Positions 44,960 to 64,000 of a stretch of 64,000 nt of DNA are shown here, piece after piece. Every line of letters starts with the position of its first letter. The stretch's first letter is position 1. Position numbers and translations under genes: made by a program. The DNA lies in NCBI RefSeq assembly GCF_009914755.1, contig NC_060938.1, one strand, 5' to 3'. A model generated the notes under the pieces. That model saw only the letters and a program-made list of their open reading frames with translations. It was not told the origin of the DNA and did no database searches. The stretch comes from the human T2T-CHM13v2.0 reference genome, Homo sapiens.

Positions 44960-47690
44960 GTCCTGATAAAATGTGATACTCCTGCAGTATCTTCTGGGCT
45001 GACAATAATACCATTTATTTCCTCTTCATCATCCTTACTCAATCCTGAAATCTACAGTAGAAGATTGGGGTAAAAGTTTCTAAGTTCTCCATTTCATCTT
45101 TTGGGAGTAGCATAAAGTAGCAAGGAAGATTTGAATATGGAAAAATATGTGAAACTGTAGATAAATGTTGTCAGAGAACATTCAAATAAACAAACAGTGA
45201 AGACACCATTATACAGAACTAATCATCTGAGAGTGCTCTCTTGCTTAGTAGTTTTAAGAAAGAGTAAAACCCTCCAATGTAAGTTTTAATTTGCTCTAGA
45301 TTTTTGATTATACATGATGATCCTTCAGTTTCTGCTTCTCAAGATTTTATTCTATCGCAGAAGTTGCCTTCTTCCAGGTCTCCAGGTCAACATAATATTT
45401 TTGATCCTATAAAAAATTTTCACATTCTACTATTTTGAGGCTGTGATAAAGGGTTCGAGAGGTTTTAGTAATTAATCACTTTTTTAAAGGACCTTTGACT
45501 TTACCAGTTCTGTGGCTCCTAATTAACCTTACCTTTGAGCACTAGAAGTAATGGTTGACCCAGAAGGTGTTCTCTTTTTAGACCCCACACAGGAAGACTG
45601 TTCAAGATGTCTGTGCCACAACTGTTCTTGGAATAAGTTCAGGAACCTAATGATATATGCTGATGGGCTCAGAAACCAATTTTAATCAGGTGATTTAGAA
45701 AACTTTTCAAAGATATCAGTCAGTGAATGCCTACAGGGCAATCGATAATGGATGCATAGCTTAATTCTAAAGTGTAGGGACATGAGCAGAGAGAGGTTGG
45801 CACAACATGCTCTGTGGCTTCTACATCTGAGGACTTGGTTGCTCAAAGGTAAAGTGAATTGGGTCTGTTGATTCTTTTTTATAATTAAACATCCCTTGGT
45901 TTATGAAAGAAACAGCGGAGATACAACAATGTGTCTTTGAGAATCACATACATTTCAAAAGTATGCAGCTCCAAGTCATTAGAAAAAGGGTGGATTCTGG
46001 AGCACACATATATGTTCTAGTTGGTAGTGTCAGTGGTGGTCATCCTCTGCTTCTTTGTTGGCTGGGTATCTATGAACATAGGGAAAGGCAGGTGGCAGCA
46101 TCTTTCTATGTTCTGAATGAAATTTTAGAGAGTTCTATGTCATGCATTCTACTTGAAATGAGAGGTTCACAGTGAGCAAAGATTAAGAAAGGAAGAAGAA
46201 AAACTTGTCATAGTTTCCCATGGGCCAGGAAACATTTGTATCAAGGAAGGACAATAATAAAATTTACAAGTTAGCTTTTTGCTTACTGTTAATAAAAAAA
46301 GCTACTTTTAATAAGGTTGATTAGGCATTTGGGGAATGAAGTATAAGCAGAAGCACAATTCACTAATTTGTTAATTATTTTCTTTGTTGTGGACCTCAAT
46401 TAGTTTAGTGTTTAACAGTGATAAAGCATAGTCAGAAAGAAATGAACCTTGTTAAAGGAAACTGCTTAATGGCTATTTTTCACTCTGAGCCCCAGAAACT
46501 CTCCACACTCCCTATTTGTACAAGTACTATGTACTCTTTATGTAATTTTTTTAAATACAAAGAAAACAAAAATCCTTACATTGCCACTCTAGATAGAACT
46601 ACTCAATGTTTTTTCTCATTCATAATTTTTACATTATTGAGATACTACTGAATATATAAAATTTTCCTGCTTTTAATATAAGCATTTTCCAGGTTTATTG
46701 CAAATTCTTCATGAACATGTTTAATGCTTACGTAATCTGTTGGTTCCTGATTTAATGCCCACAACCTACTTTGAGCAGAGTTGACCCTTCTGGGTATTAG
46801 CAAGCAATGGAGTAAGCATTCTAAATGGCAGGCTGCTGCAATTGATCCAATCCCAAGCCAATTTACCCAGGCCATCAGGAAAATGAGCTTTGTGTTTTTC
46901 CAGCTAAAAGTCTCTTTCTGGTAATGATGCAGAAGAGTATAATACATTTTATGAATGCACAAAACTCCTTTTGTTTATACAGGTTATCACCAAATTCAGC
47001 AATAGGAACAACGGGTCTACCATACCTAAGACATTCCCAAGCATCCAGCTGCAGTGAAATTCCTGAAATATAAAACCCAAATTTATTCTCTTTGTCATTT
47101 AGAACCTTTTACTTGACTAATTCAATGGGCCCCTCTCAGAACTTTCCTTAAGATGAAACTAACTAGGACATTTTGCTTTATTTCTAGTTAACAATTACCA
47201 CATTTATATATGGAATTTTATCAAAATATAGAAGGCATAAAAGAAGGAACCAATCTTAGGACAACAGAAAAAGGTACATTTTCAACTCCATTTTTGCTTA
47301 CATCTTACCCTACTAGGTTAAACTCCCACAGAGGTCTTGGCTGACCTCACTTCTATAATTTTAACACTGTAAATTTTCTGTTGAGTTTTTCTTGTTTCAT
47401 CTGATTTTGTATAGGGTTACACTTATTACTCTATTCTACCCTGAATTTACTGACTGATGACTTCTTTTGTTTGTAACAATACTTAATAACAACTTATCCT
47501 CCAGTATTGATATCTCTGATCAATACCATCTAACACATTACCTAATATATTCCAGTGTATGAAGATACTATAATTTTCTAGCATTATGTAATATGAGCAT
47601 CCTTGAATTTTTTGTTGTTGTTGTTGTGTGTTGGCATTCATTCTTAGGATATATTTCCTGAAATAAAATTACCAGATGAAAATTTGTCAG

Positions 47691-47820
47691 AGCTGGGTGA
47701 AGTGGCACATGCCTGTAATCCCATTTATTCAGGAGGCTGAGGTGGAACAATTGCTTGAGCTTAGTTTGAGACCAGCCTGGGAAACATAACAAGACCCCCA
47801 AGACCCCATCTCAAAAAAAT
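47691..47820 (+). mobile_element. FLAM (free left Alu monomer) within decayed L1ME sequence
   Basis: gctgggtgaagtggcacatgcctgtaatccc...gagaccagcctggg...atctcaaaaaaa; single monomer. Confidence 0.8.
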
Positions 47821-48479
47821 TTTTTTAAATGAACATTTTAAAGTTCTTAATGTGTATTTCCAAAGTGCTTTCCACTGTAGCAGCATATGGTATACATATG
47901 AAGCAATTACTGGTAGTGATGTCAAGATTGTGACTATGCTTGTTAGGAAGCATCTATTAGATATAAATGTACTTTAACATATATTTATGATTATCTGTCT
48001 GAGATATTTTTATTTGAAACTTTATGATGAAACAAGAAAGACTGCCCTTACCAGCATACAAATGAGTGATAGTACATTTACTCTGTAATTAATTTAAGCA
48101 CATATTAAATATAAAAACCATGAATACTATAAATATTGTTGTAATATCCATTTCCAGTTGTTACTGTCTAAGGAATCAGGAAACATCCTTTGTTTATTAT
48201 GCCAAGAGAATGGTTGCTCTTTCAGTGTGAGCTCTCTCTAAAATTTCCCTGTCCAAAGACCAAAATACTCTTTTGCATGTTCCATCCTCTTTCCTAACTC
48301 CCTCTCAGCACTTGGTCCTTTTATTATTGAAGGATTCTTCTTACTATTTGCAAGAATTTCTTGTTTTTGTTATTTCTAAATACCAAAAAATTTCTTAAAG
48401 TCATAGATGTTTGTTGACACATTAGATAAGAAGTGTTGCTTTTGCCATTATGTTTTTGGTAGCATGCTTTACTCATTCC

Positions 48480-48790
48480 TTGGGAATTGCTTCTTCCTGC
48501 TCTCTCTCTGTGTCTTATTCATTTTCTTATTGCCCGGTAACTCACCTGCTCACATTCTGAATGGTTATCTCTAGCTACTGTTTTAAATATTGCATTTATT
48601 TAAATGCTAGCCAATAACTCCCAAATTTTCAACTCCTTTCCAGGTCTCCCCCAACTCCAGATTTGCCAGGCTCTCTCCCCACTTCATATTTGTATATCCA
48701 GCTGCTTAATTGATGTTTTCACTGAGATGTTGAATGAGCATCTTAAACTTCATATATGTAAAACTGAACTTCTAACCTCCCTATTCTTAA
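48480..48790 (+). mobile_element. L2, left piece (split by the L1PA)
   Basis: actcccaaattt, tatatccagctgcttaattgatg, gcatcttaaacttcatatatgtaaaactgaact. Confidence 0.7.
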
Positions 48791-50219
48791 TTCTGTTTTT
48801 TATTATTATTATATTTTAAGTTCTAGGGTACATGTGCACAACGTGCAGGTTTGTTACATATGTATACATGTGCCATGTTGGTGTTATCCACCCATTAACT
48901 TGTCATTTACATTACATATAGCTCCTAATGCTATCCCTCCCCCCTCCCCTCACCCCACGACAGGCCCCAGTGTATGATGTTCCCCACCCTGTGTCCAAGT
49001 GTCTTCATTGTTCAATTCCCACCTATGAGTGAGAACATGCAGTGTTTGGTTTTCTGTCCTTGCGATAGTTTGCTGAGAATGATGGTTTGCAGCTTCATCC
49101 ATGTCCCTACAAAGGACATGAACTCATCCTTTTCTATGGCAGCATAGTATTCCATGGTGTATATGTGCCACATTTCCTTAATCCAGTCTATCATTGATGA
49201 ACATTTGGGTTGGTTCCAAGTCTTTGCTATTATGAATACTGCTGCAATAAACATACATGTGCACGTGTCTTTATAGCAGCATGAATTATAATCCTTTGGG
49301 TATATACCCAGTAATGGGATGGCTGGGTCAAATGGTATTTCTAGTTCTAGATCCTTGAGTAATCGCCACACTGTCTTCCACAACGGTTGAACTAGTTTAC
49401 AGTCCCACCAACAGTATAAAAGTGTTCCTATTTCTCCACATCCTCTCCAGCACCTGTTGTTTCCTGACTTTTTAATGATCGCCATTCTAACTGGTGTGAG
49501 ATGGTATCTAATTGTGGTTTTGATTTGCATTTCTCTGATGGCCAGTGATGATGAGCATTTTTTCATGTGTCTTTTGGCTGTATAAATGTCTTCTTTTGAG
49601 AAGTGTCTGTTCATATCCTTTGACCACTTTTTTATGGGGTTGTTTGATTTTTTCTTGTAAATTTGTTTAAGTTCTTTGTAGATTCTGGATATTAGCCCTT
49701 TGTCAGATGGGTAGATTGCAAAAATTTTCTCCCATTCTGTAGGTTGCCTGTTCACTCTGATGGTAGTTTCTTTTGCTGTGTGGAAGCTTTTTAGTTTAAT
49801 TAGATCCCATTTGTCAATTTTGGCTTTTGTTACCATTGCTTTTGGTGTTTTAGACATGAAGTCCTTGCCCATGCCTATGTCCTGCATGGTATTGCCTAGG
49901 TTTTCTTCTAGGATTTTTATGGTTTTAGGTCTGATATTTAAGTCTTTAATCCATCTTGAATTAATTTTTGTATAAGGTGTAAGGAAGGGATCCAGTTTCA
50001 GCTTTCTAAATATAGCTAGCCAGTTTTCCCAGCACCATTTATTAAATAGGGAATCCTTTCTCCATTTCTTGTTTTTGTCAGATTTGTCAAAGATCAGATG
50101 GTTGTAGATGTATGGTATTATTTCTGAGGGCTCTGTTCTGTTCCATTGGTCTATCTCTGTTTTGGTGCCAGTACCATGCTGTTTTGGTTACTGTACCTTT
50201 GTAGTATAGTTTGAAGTCA

Positions 50220-50771
<552 letters not shown>

Positions 50772-50998
50772 TTAAATACCCTTTATTTCTTTCTCCTGCC
50801 TGATTGCCCTGGCCAGAACTTCCAACACTATGTTGAATAGGAGTGGTGAGAGAGGGCATCCCTATCTTGTGCCAGTTTTCAAAGGGAATGCTTCCAGTTT
50901 TGGCCCATTCGGTATGGTATTGGCTATGGGTTTGTCATAGATAGCTCTTATTATTTTGAGATACGTCCCATCAATACCTAGTTTATTGAGAGTTTTTA

Positions 50999-51412
<414 letters not shown>

Positions 51413-51609
51413 CTAAGTTTTAGGGTACATGTGCACATTGTGCAGGTTAGTTACATATGTATACATGTGCCATGCTGGTGCGCTGCACCCACTAATGTGT
51501 CATCTAGCATTAGGTATATCTCCCAATGCTATCCCTCCCCCCTCCCCCGACCCCACCACAGTCCCCAGAGTGTGATATTCCCCTTCCTGTGTCCATGTGA
51601 TCTCATTGT

Positions 51610-55460
<3,851 letters not shown>

Positions 55461-55505
55461 TCATTAGTTGATGCAGTTTCTTCCTAGTCTCGATGGTCTT
55501 TACAT

Positions 55506-56516
55506 TTAAGCATGATTTTGCAGCGGCTGGTACCGGTTGTTCCTTTCCATGTTTATCGCTTCCTTCAGGAGCTCTTGTAAGGCAGGCCTGGTGGTGACAA
55601 AATCTCTCAGCATTTGCTTGTCTATAAAGTATTTTATTTCTCCTTCACTTATGAAGCTTAGTTTGGCTGGATATGAAATTCTGGGTTGAAAATTCTTTTC
55701 TTTAAGAATGTTGAATATTGGCCCCCACTCTCTTCTGGCTTGTAGGGTTTCTGCCGAGAGATCCGCTGTTAGTCTGATGGGCTTTCCTTTGAGGGTAACC
55801 CGACCTTTCTCTCTGGCTGCCCTTAACATTTTTTCCTTCATTTCAACTTTGGTGAATCTGACAATTATGTGTCTTGGAGTTGCTCTTCTCAAGGAGTATC
55901 TTTGTGGCGTTCTCTGTATTTCCTGAATCTGAACGTTGGCCTGCCTTGCTAGATTGGGGAAGTTCTCCTGGATAATATCCTGCAGAGTGTTTTCCAACTT
56001 GGTTTCATTCTCCACATCACTTTCAGGTACACCAATCAGACGTAGATTTGCTCTTTTCACATAGTCCCATATTTCTTGGAGGCTTTGCTCATTTCTTTTT
56101 ATTCTTTTTTCTCTAAACTTCCCTTCTCGCTTCATTTCATTCATTTCATCTTCCATTGCTGATACCCTTTCTTCCAGTTGATCGCATCGGCTCCTGAGGC
56201 TTCTGCATTCTTCACGTAGTTCTCGAGCCTTGGTTTTCAGCTCCATCAGCTCCTTTAAGCACTTCTCTGTATTGGTTATTCTAGTTATACATTCTTCTAA
56301 ATTTTTTTCAAAGTTTTCAACTTCTTTGCCTTTGGTTTGAATGTCCTCCCGTAGCTCAGAGTAATTTGATCGTCTGAAGCCTTCTTCTCTCAGCTCGTCA
56401 AAATCATTCTCCATCCAGCTTTGTTCTGTTGCTGGTGAGGAACTGCGTTCCTTTGGAGGAGGAGAGGTGCTGTGCGTTTTAGAGTTTCCAGTTTTTCTGT
56501 TCTGTTTTTTCCCCAT
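55506..56516 (-). CDS. ORF1: L1HS ORF1p RNA-binding/chaperone protein, 336 aa (lacks the last two residues KM)
   Basis: MGKKQNRKTGNSK start, coiled coil, REKG, ARR and YPAKLS motifs intact; GCC AAA changed to GCT TAA at the end. Confidence 0.93.
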   Translation of the reverse strand: MGKKQNRKTGNSKTHSTSPPPKERSSSPATEQSWMENDFDELREEGFRRSNYSELREDIQTKGKEVENFEKNLEECITRITNTEKCLKELMELKTKARELREECRSLRSRCDQLEERVSAMEDEMNEMKREGKFREKRIKRNEQSLQEIWDYVKRANLRLIGVPESDVENETKLENTLQDIIQENFPNLARQANVQIQEIQRTPQRYSLRRATPRHIIVRFTKVEMKEKMLRAAREKGRVTLKGKPIRLTADLSAETLQARREWGPIFNILKEKNFQPRISYPAKLSFISEGEIKYFIDKQMLRDFVTTRPALQELLKEAINMERNNRYQPLQNHA

Positions 56517-57425
56517 CTTTGTGGTTTTATCTACTTTTGGTCTTTGATGATGGTGATGTACAGATGGGTTTTCGGTGTAGATGTCCTTTCTGGTTGTTAG
56601 TTTTCCTTCTAACAGACAGCACCCTCAGCTGCAGGTCTGTTGGAATACCCTGCCGTGTGAGGTGTCAGTGTGCCCCTGCTGGGGGGTGCCTCCCAGTTAG
56701 GCTGCTCGGGGGTCAGGGGTCAGGGACCCACTTGAGGAGGCAGTCTGCCAGTTCTCAGATCTCCAGCTGCGTGCTGGGAGAACCACTACTCTCTTCAAAG
56801 CTGTCAGACAGGGACACTTAAGTCTGCAGAGGTTACTGCTGTCTTTTTGTTTGTCTGTGCCCTGCCCCCAGAGGTGGAGCCTACAGAGGCAGGCAGGCCT
56901 CCTTGAGCTGTGGTGGGCTCCACCCAGTTCGAGCTTCCTGGCTGCTTTGTTTACCTAAGCAAGCCTGGGCAATGGCGGGCGCCCCTCCCCCAGCCTCGTT
57001 GCCGCCTTGCAGTTTGATCTCAGACTGCTGTGCTAGCAATCAGCGAGATTCCGTGGGCGTAGGACCCTCTGAGCCAGGTGTGGGATATAGTCTCGTGGTG
57101 CGCCGTTTCTTAAGCTGGTCTGAAAAGCGCAATATTCGGGTGGGAGTGACCTAATTTTCCAGGTGCTGTCTGCCACCCCTTTCTTTGACTCGGAAAGGGA
57201 ACTCCCTGACCCCTTGCACTTCCCAGGTGAGGCAATGCCTCGCCCTGCTTCGGCTCGCACACGGTGCGCACACACACTGGCCTGCGCCCACTGTCTGGCA
57301 CTCCCTAGTGAGATGAACCCGGTACCTCAGATGGAAATGCAGAAATCACCCATCTTCTGCGTCGCTCACGCTGGGAGCTGTAGACCGGAGCTGTTCCTAT
57401 TCGGCCATCTTGGCTCCTCCCTCTC
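56517..57425 (-). promoter_or_regulatory. L1HS 5' UTR: CpG-rich internal sense promoter and antisense promoter
   Basis: YY1 site CAAGATGGCCG intact near 57402-57412, RUNX3-site sequence TGCATTTCCATCTGAGGTA and SOX-type AAACAAA motifs present; many CpGs retained. Confidence 0.88.
56972..57154 (+). pseudogene. ORF0: L1 ORF0, truncated to 60 aa
   Basis: MAGAPPPASLPPCSLISDCCASNQRDSVGVGPSEPGVGYSLVVRRFLSWSEKRNIRVGVT*; the CGA codon of the 71-aa consensus reads TAA. Confidence 0.88.
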
Positions 57426-60400
57426 GGATTCCCTCTTTTTCTATTGATTGGAATAGTTTCAGGAGGAATGGTACCAGCTCCTCTTTGCACCTCTGGTAGA
57501 ATTCGGCTGTGAATCCATCTGGTCCTGGACTTTTTTTGGTTGTTAGGCTCTTAATTATTGCCTCAATTTCAGAGCCCGTTATTGGTCTATCCAGTTCTTC
57601 CTGGTTTAGTCTTGGTAGGGTGTATGTGTCCAGGAATCCATCCATTTCTTGTAGATTTTCTAGTTTATTTGCGTAGAGGTGTTTATGGTATTCTCTGATG
57701 GTAGTTTGTATCTCTGTGGGATCAGTGGTGATATCCCCTTTATCATTTTTTATTGCATCTATTTGATTCTTTTCTCTTTTCTTCTTTATTAGTCTTGCTA
57801 GTGCTTTATCAATTTTGTTGATCTTTTCAAAAAAACAGCTCCTGGATTCAATGATTTTTTTGAAGGGTTTTTTTGTGTCTCTATTTCCTTCCTTTCTGCT
57901 CTGATCTTAGTTATTTCTTGCCTTCTGCTAGCTTTTGAATGTGTTTTCTCTTGCTTCTCTAGTTCTTTTAATTGTGATGTTAGGGTGTCAATTTTAGATC
58001 TTTCCTGCTTTCTCTTGTGGGCATTTAGTGCTATAAATTTCCCTCTACACACTGCTTTAAATGTGTCCCAGAGATTCTGGTATGTTGTGTCTTTGTTCTC
58101 ACTGGTTTCAAAGAACATCTTTATTTCTATGTTCATTTTGTTATGTACCCAGTAGTCATTCAGGAGCAGGTTGTTCATTTTCCATGTATTTGAGCAGTTT
58201 TGACTGATTTCTTAATCCTGAGTTCTAGTTTGATTGCACTGTGGTCTGAGAGACAGTTTGTTATAATTTCTGTTCTTTTACATTTGCTGAGGAATGCTTT
58301 ACTTCCAACTATGTGGTCAATTTTGGAATAAGTGCGATGTGGTGCCGAGAAGAATATATATTCTGTTGATCTGGGGTGGAGAGTTCTGGAGCTGTGTATT
58401 AGGTCTGCTTGGTGCAGAGTTGAGTTCATTCCTCGATGTCCTTGTTAACTTTCCATCTCATGGATCTGTCTAATGTTGCCAGTGGCGTGTTAAAGTCTCC
58501 CATTATTATTGTGTGGGAGTCTAAGTCTCTTTGTAGGTCTCTAAGGACTTGCTTTATGAATCTTGGTGCTCCTGTATTGGGTGAATATATATTTAGGATA
58601 GTTAGCTCTTCTTGTTGAATTGATCCCTTTACCATTATGTGATGGCTCTCTTTGTTCTTTTGATCTTTGTTGGTTTAAAGTCTGTTTATCAGAGATGAGG
58701 ATTGCAACCCCTGCTTTTATTTGTTTTCCATTTTCTTGGTAGATCTTCCTCCATCCCTTTATTTTGAGCCTATGTGTGACTCTGCATGTGAGATGGGTCT
58801 CCTGAATACAGCACACTGATGGGTCCTGACTCTTTATCCAATTTTCCAGTCTGTGTCTTTTATTTGGAGCATTTATCCCATTTACATTTAAGGTTAATAT
58901 TGTTATGTGTGAATTTGATCCTGTCATTATGATGTTAGCTGGTTATTTTGCTCGTTAGTTGATGCAGTTTCTTCCTAGCATTGATGGTCTTTACAATTTG
59001 GCATGTTGTTGCAGTGGCTGGTACTGGTTGTTCCTTTACATGTTTAGTGCTTCTTTCAGGAGCTCTGGTAAGGCTGGCCTGGTGATGACAAAATCTCTCA
59101 GCATTTGCTTGTCTGTAAAGGATTTTATTTCTCTTTTACTTGTGAAGCTAGTTTGGCTGGATATGAAATTCTGGGTTGAAAATTCTTTTCTTTAAGAATG
59201 TTGCATATTGGCCCCCACTCTCTTCTGGCTTGTAGAGTTTCTGCTGAGAGATCTGCTGCTAGTCTGATGGGCTTCCCTTTGTGGGTAACCTGACCTTTCT
59301 CTCTGGCTGCCCTTAACATTTTTTCCTTCATTTCAACTTTGGTGAGTCTGACAATTATGTGTCTTGGGGTTGCTCTTCTCAAGGAGTATCTTTGTCACAT
59401 TCTCTGTATTTGCTGAATTTGAATGTTAGCCTGCCTTGCTAGGTTGGGGATGTTCTCCTGGATAATATCCTGTAGAGTGTATTCCAACTTGGTTGCATTC
59501 TCCCCGTCACTTTCAGGTACACCAATCAGACGTAGATTTGGTCTTTTCACATAGTCCCATATTTGTTGGAGGCTTTGTTGATTTCTTTTTACTCTTTTTT
59601 TCTCTAAACTTCTTGCTTCATTTCATTCATTTGATCTTCCATCGCTGATACCCTTTCTTCCATTTGATCTAATTGGCTACTGAAGCTTGTGCATGTGTCG
59701 CGTAGTTCTCATGCCATGGTTTTCAGCTCCATCAGGTCATTTAAGATCTTCTCTACACTGTTTATTCTAGTTAGCCATTTGTCTAATGTTTTATCAAGGT
59801 TTTTAGCTTCTTTGCAATGGGTTCAAACATCTTGCTTTAGCTTGGAGAAGTTTGTTATTACCGATCTTCTGAAACCTTCTTCTCTCAACTCATCAAAGTC
59901 ATTCTCCATCCAGCTTTGTTCTGTTGCTGGTGAGGGGCTGCATTCCTTTGGAGGAGAAGAGGCACTCTGATTTTTAGAATTTTCAGCTTTTCTCATCTGG
60001 TTTCTCCCCATCTTTGTGGTTTTATCTACTGTTGGTCTTTGATGATGGTAACATATGATGGGGTTTTGGTGTGGATGTCCTTTCTGTTTGTTAATTTTCC
60101 TTCTAACAGTCAGGACCCTCAGCTGCAGGTCTGTTGGAGTTTGCTGAAGGTCCACTCCTGACCCTGTTTGCCTGGGCATCACTGTAGGACCACAAATATT
60201 GCAGAACAGCAAATGTTGCTGCCTGATCGTTCCTCTGGAAGCTTCATCTCAGAGGGGGACCTGTCCGTATGAGGTGTCAGTTGGCCCCTACTGGGAGGTG
60301 CCTCCCAGTTAGGCTACTCAGGGGTCAGGGACCCACTTGAGGAGGCAGTTTGTCCGTGCTGGGAGAACCACTACTCTCTTCAAAGCTGTCAGACAGGGAT

Positions 60401-61074
60401 GTTTAAGTCTGCAGAAGTTTCTGCTGCCTTTTATTCAGCTGTGCCGTGCCCACAGAGGTGGAGTCTACAGAGGCAGGCAGGCCTCCTTGAGCTGTGGTGG
60501 GCTCCACCCAGTTCGAGCTTCCTGGCTGCTTTGTTTACCTACTCAAGCCTGAGCAATGATGGGCACCCCTTCCCCAGCCTCGCTGCCACCTTGCAGTTCT
60601 ATCTCAGACCACTGTGCTAACAATGAGTGAGGCTCCATGGGTGTGGGACCCTCTGAGCCAGGCATGGGATATAATCTCCTGGTGTGCCGTTTGCTAAGAC
60701 CATTGGAAAAGCCCAGTATTAGGGTGGGAGTGACCCGAATTTCCAGGTGCTGTCTGTCACAGCTTCCCTTGGCTAGGAAAGGGAATTCCCCGACCCCTTC
60801 TGCTTCCTGGGCGAGGCACTACCTCACCCTGCTTCAGCTCACGGTCCATGGACTGCACCCACTGTCCCACACCCACTGTCCAACAAGCCCCAGTGAGATG
60901 AGCCCAGTACCTTAGTTGGAAATGCAGAAATCACCCGTCTTCTGCATCACTCACTCTGGGAGCTGTAGACTGAGCTGTTCCTATTTGGCTATGTTGGAAT
61001 GTCCCCCTCCTAATTCTTACAGCAAAGATACTGAAACATGATTTGTCAGCAGTTTTGTTTGTTTATTTGTTTTG

Positions 61075-61925
61075 CTTAGTTGATGGCAACTCATTCCTTC
61101 TAGATTGTTCAGGCCAAAAGCTTGAACTGATCTTTGACTTCTGTCTTCCATGTTTTACTTTTAGTCTACTCACAAATCTTGTTAGTTTACCTTTAAGATG
61201 TAATAAAAATCTAACATTCCTTACTACCTCTACTGCTAACAAACCATTTTGAAGCACAATTAATTTTTACTAATGAATTATTGCTATCATTTCCTAACAG
61301 GTCTTCTTGCTTATATCCTTGACTTAGTGTACTGGGTTGAATTGTGTTCCCCCCCCAAAAAATTCATATCCACCTGGAACCTCAGAATGTGACCTTATTT
61401 GGAAATAGGGTCTTTGCCGAGATAATTAATTAAGATGAGGTCTTACTGGATTAAAATGGGTTAGAATCCAATGGCTGGTGTCCTTATAAGATAAGTAAGC
61501 AGAGACACACAGAGAGTGAGAAAGCTGTGGGAGAATGGAGGTGAAAAGAACCTCTATCTATTATAAGCAAAGGACTGCCAAGGACTGCCATTAGCACTAT
61601 AAGCTGGAAGAGTCAAGGATGAATCTTCTTGAGTTTGCAGAGAGAGTGTCCCTACCAACACTGATTTTGTACTTCTAGTCTCCAGAACTATGAGAGAATG
61701 AATTTCTATTGTTTAAGTCACCCAGTTTGTGGTACTTTATTATGAAAGCCCTAGGAGATTAATACACTCACTATGTCTGATTTTCGTAGAGCAGCCAGAT
61801 GGCAGAAGTGTTATCTCTCTCATTCCTTTACAGTCATTGCACAAATGTCATCTTCTTAATGAGGCCCAGCCTGACCACCATATTTAAAATCATAACCTGC
61901 TCCCTGCTCTGACCCCACTCCTGGT
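61075..61925 (+). mobile_element. L2, right pieces (61075-61327 and 61767-61925), continuing the 48480-48790 piece
   Basis: gatggcaactcattccttctagattgttcaggccaaaagcttg; aaatgtcatcttcttaatgaggcccagcctgaccacc. Confidence 0.72.
61328..61766 (+). mobile_element. MLT1 (MLT1B/C-like) solo LTR inside L2
   Basis: TGtactgggttgaattgtgttcccc...cctcagaatgtgaccttatttggaaatagggtctttg...gccctaggagattaataCA. Confidence 0.85.
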
Positions 61926-63805
<1,880 letters not shown>

Positions 63806-63809
63806 TACT

Positions 63810-64000
63810 AAACAACAGATGTTGGTGAGGTTGCGGAGAAATAGGAATGCTTTTACACTGTTGGTGGGAATGTAAATTAGTTCAACCATTGTGGAAGGCG
63901 GTGTGGTGATTCCTCAGTGATCTAGAACCAGAAATACCATTTGACCCAGCAATCCCACTACTAGGTATATACCCAAAGGAATATAAATCATTCCATCACA
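63810..64000 (+). mobile_element. 5'-truncated plus-strand L1PA (ORF2 3' end), runs off the window
   Basis: aacaacagatgttggtgaggttgcggagaaataggaa...gaaataccatttgacccagcaatccca. Confidence 0.88.

Noticed and set aside
46645-46962. 105-aa minus-strand ORF
   Set aside because: Non-ATG start and no recognisable homology

Overview
Human genomic DNA (diagnosed by an L1HS-Ta element and primate Alus), AT-rich and dominated by interspersed repeats. I recognise no cellular protein-coding exon; the long ORFs are L1 ORF1/ORF2 remnants or a THE1 internal ORF, and the short ones look like antisense shadows or chance ORFs. The centrepiece is a three-tier nest at about 48.5-61.9 kb: an ancient L2 is split by a full-length L1PA5/6-like element, which is itself split in ORF2 by a co-oriented, full-length, human-specific L1HS Ta-1nd (51372-57425, perfect 17-bp TSD). 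That young L1 has a near-intact ORF1, an ORF2 frameshifted near codon 990, a truncated ORF0 and an unexpectedly heavy, largely non-CpG substitution load. Also present: a complete THE1D provirus with 5-bp TSD, a ~7.3-kb L1MA, other L1 fragments, Alus, MIRs, L2s, several LTRs, Charlie1, MADE1 and a strong CTCF motif. Almost all L1s lie on the minus strand, which hints at an intron of a plus-strand transcript. I found no convincing evidence of an undescribed biological system. Subfamily names come from my recall of consensus sequences rather than from an alignment, and old-repeat boundaries are approximate.
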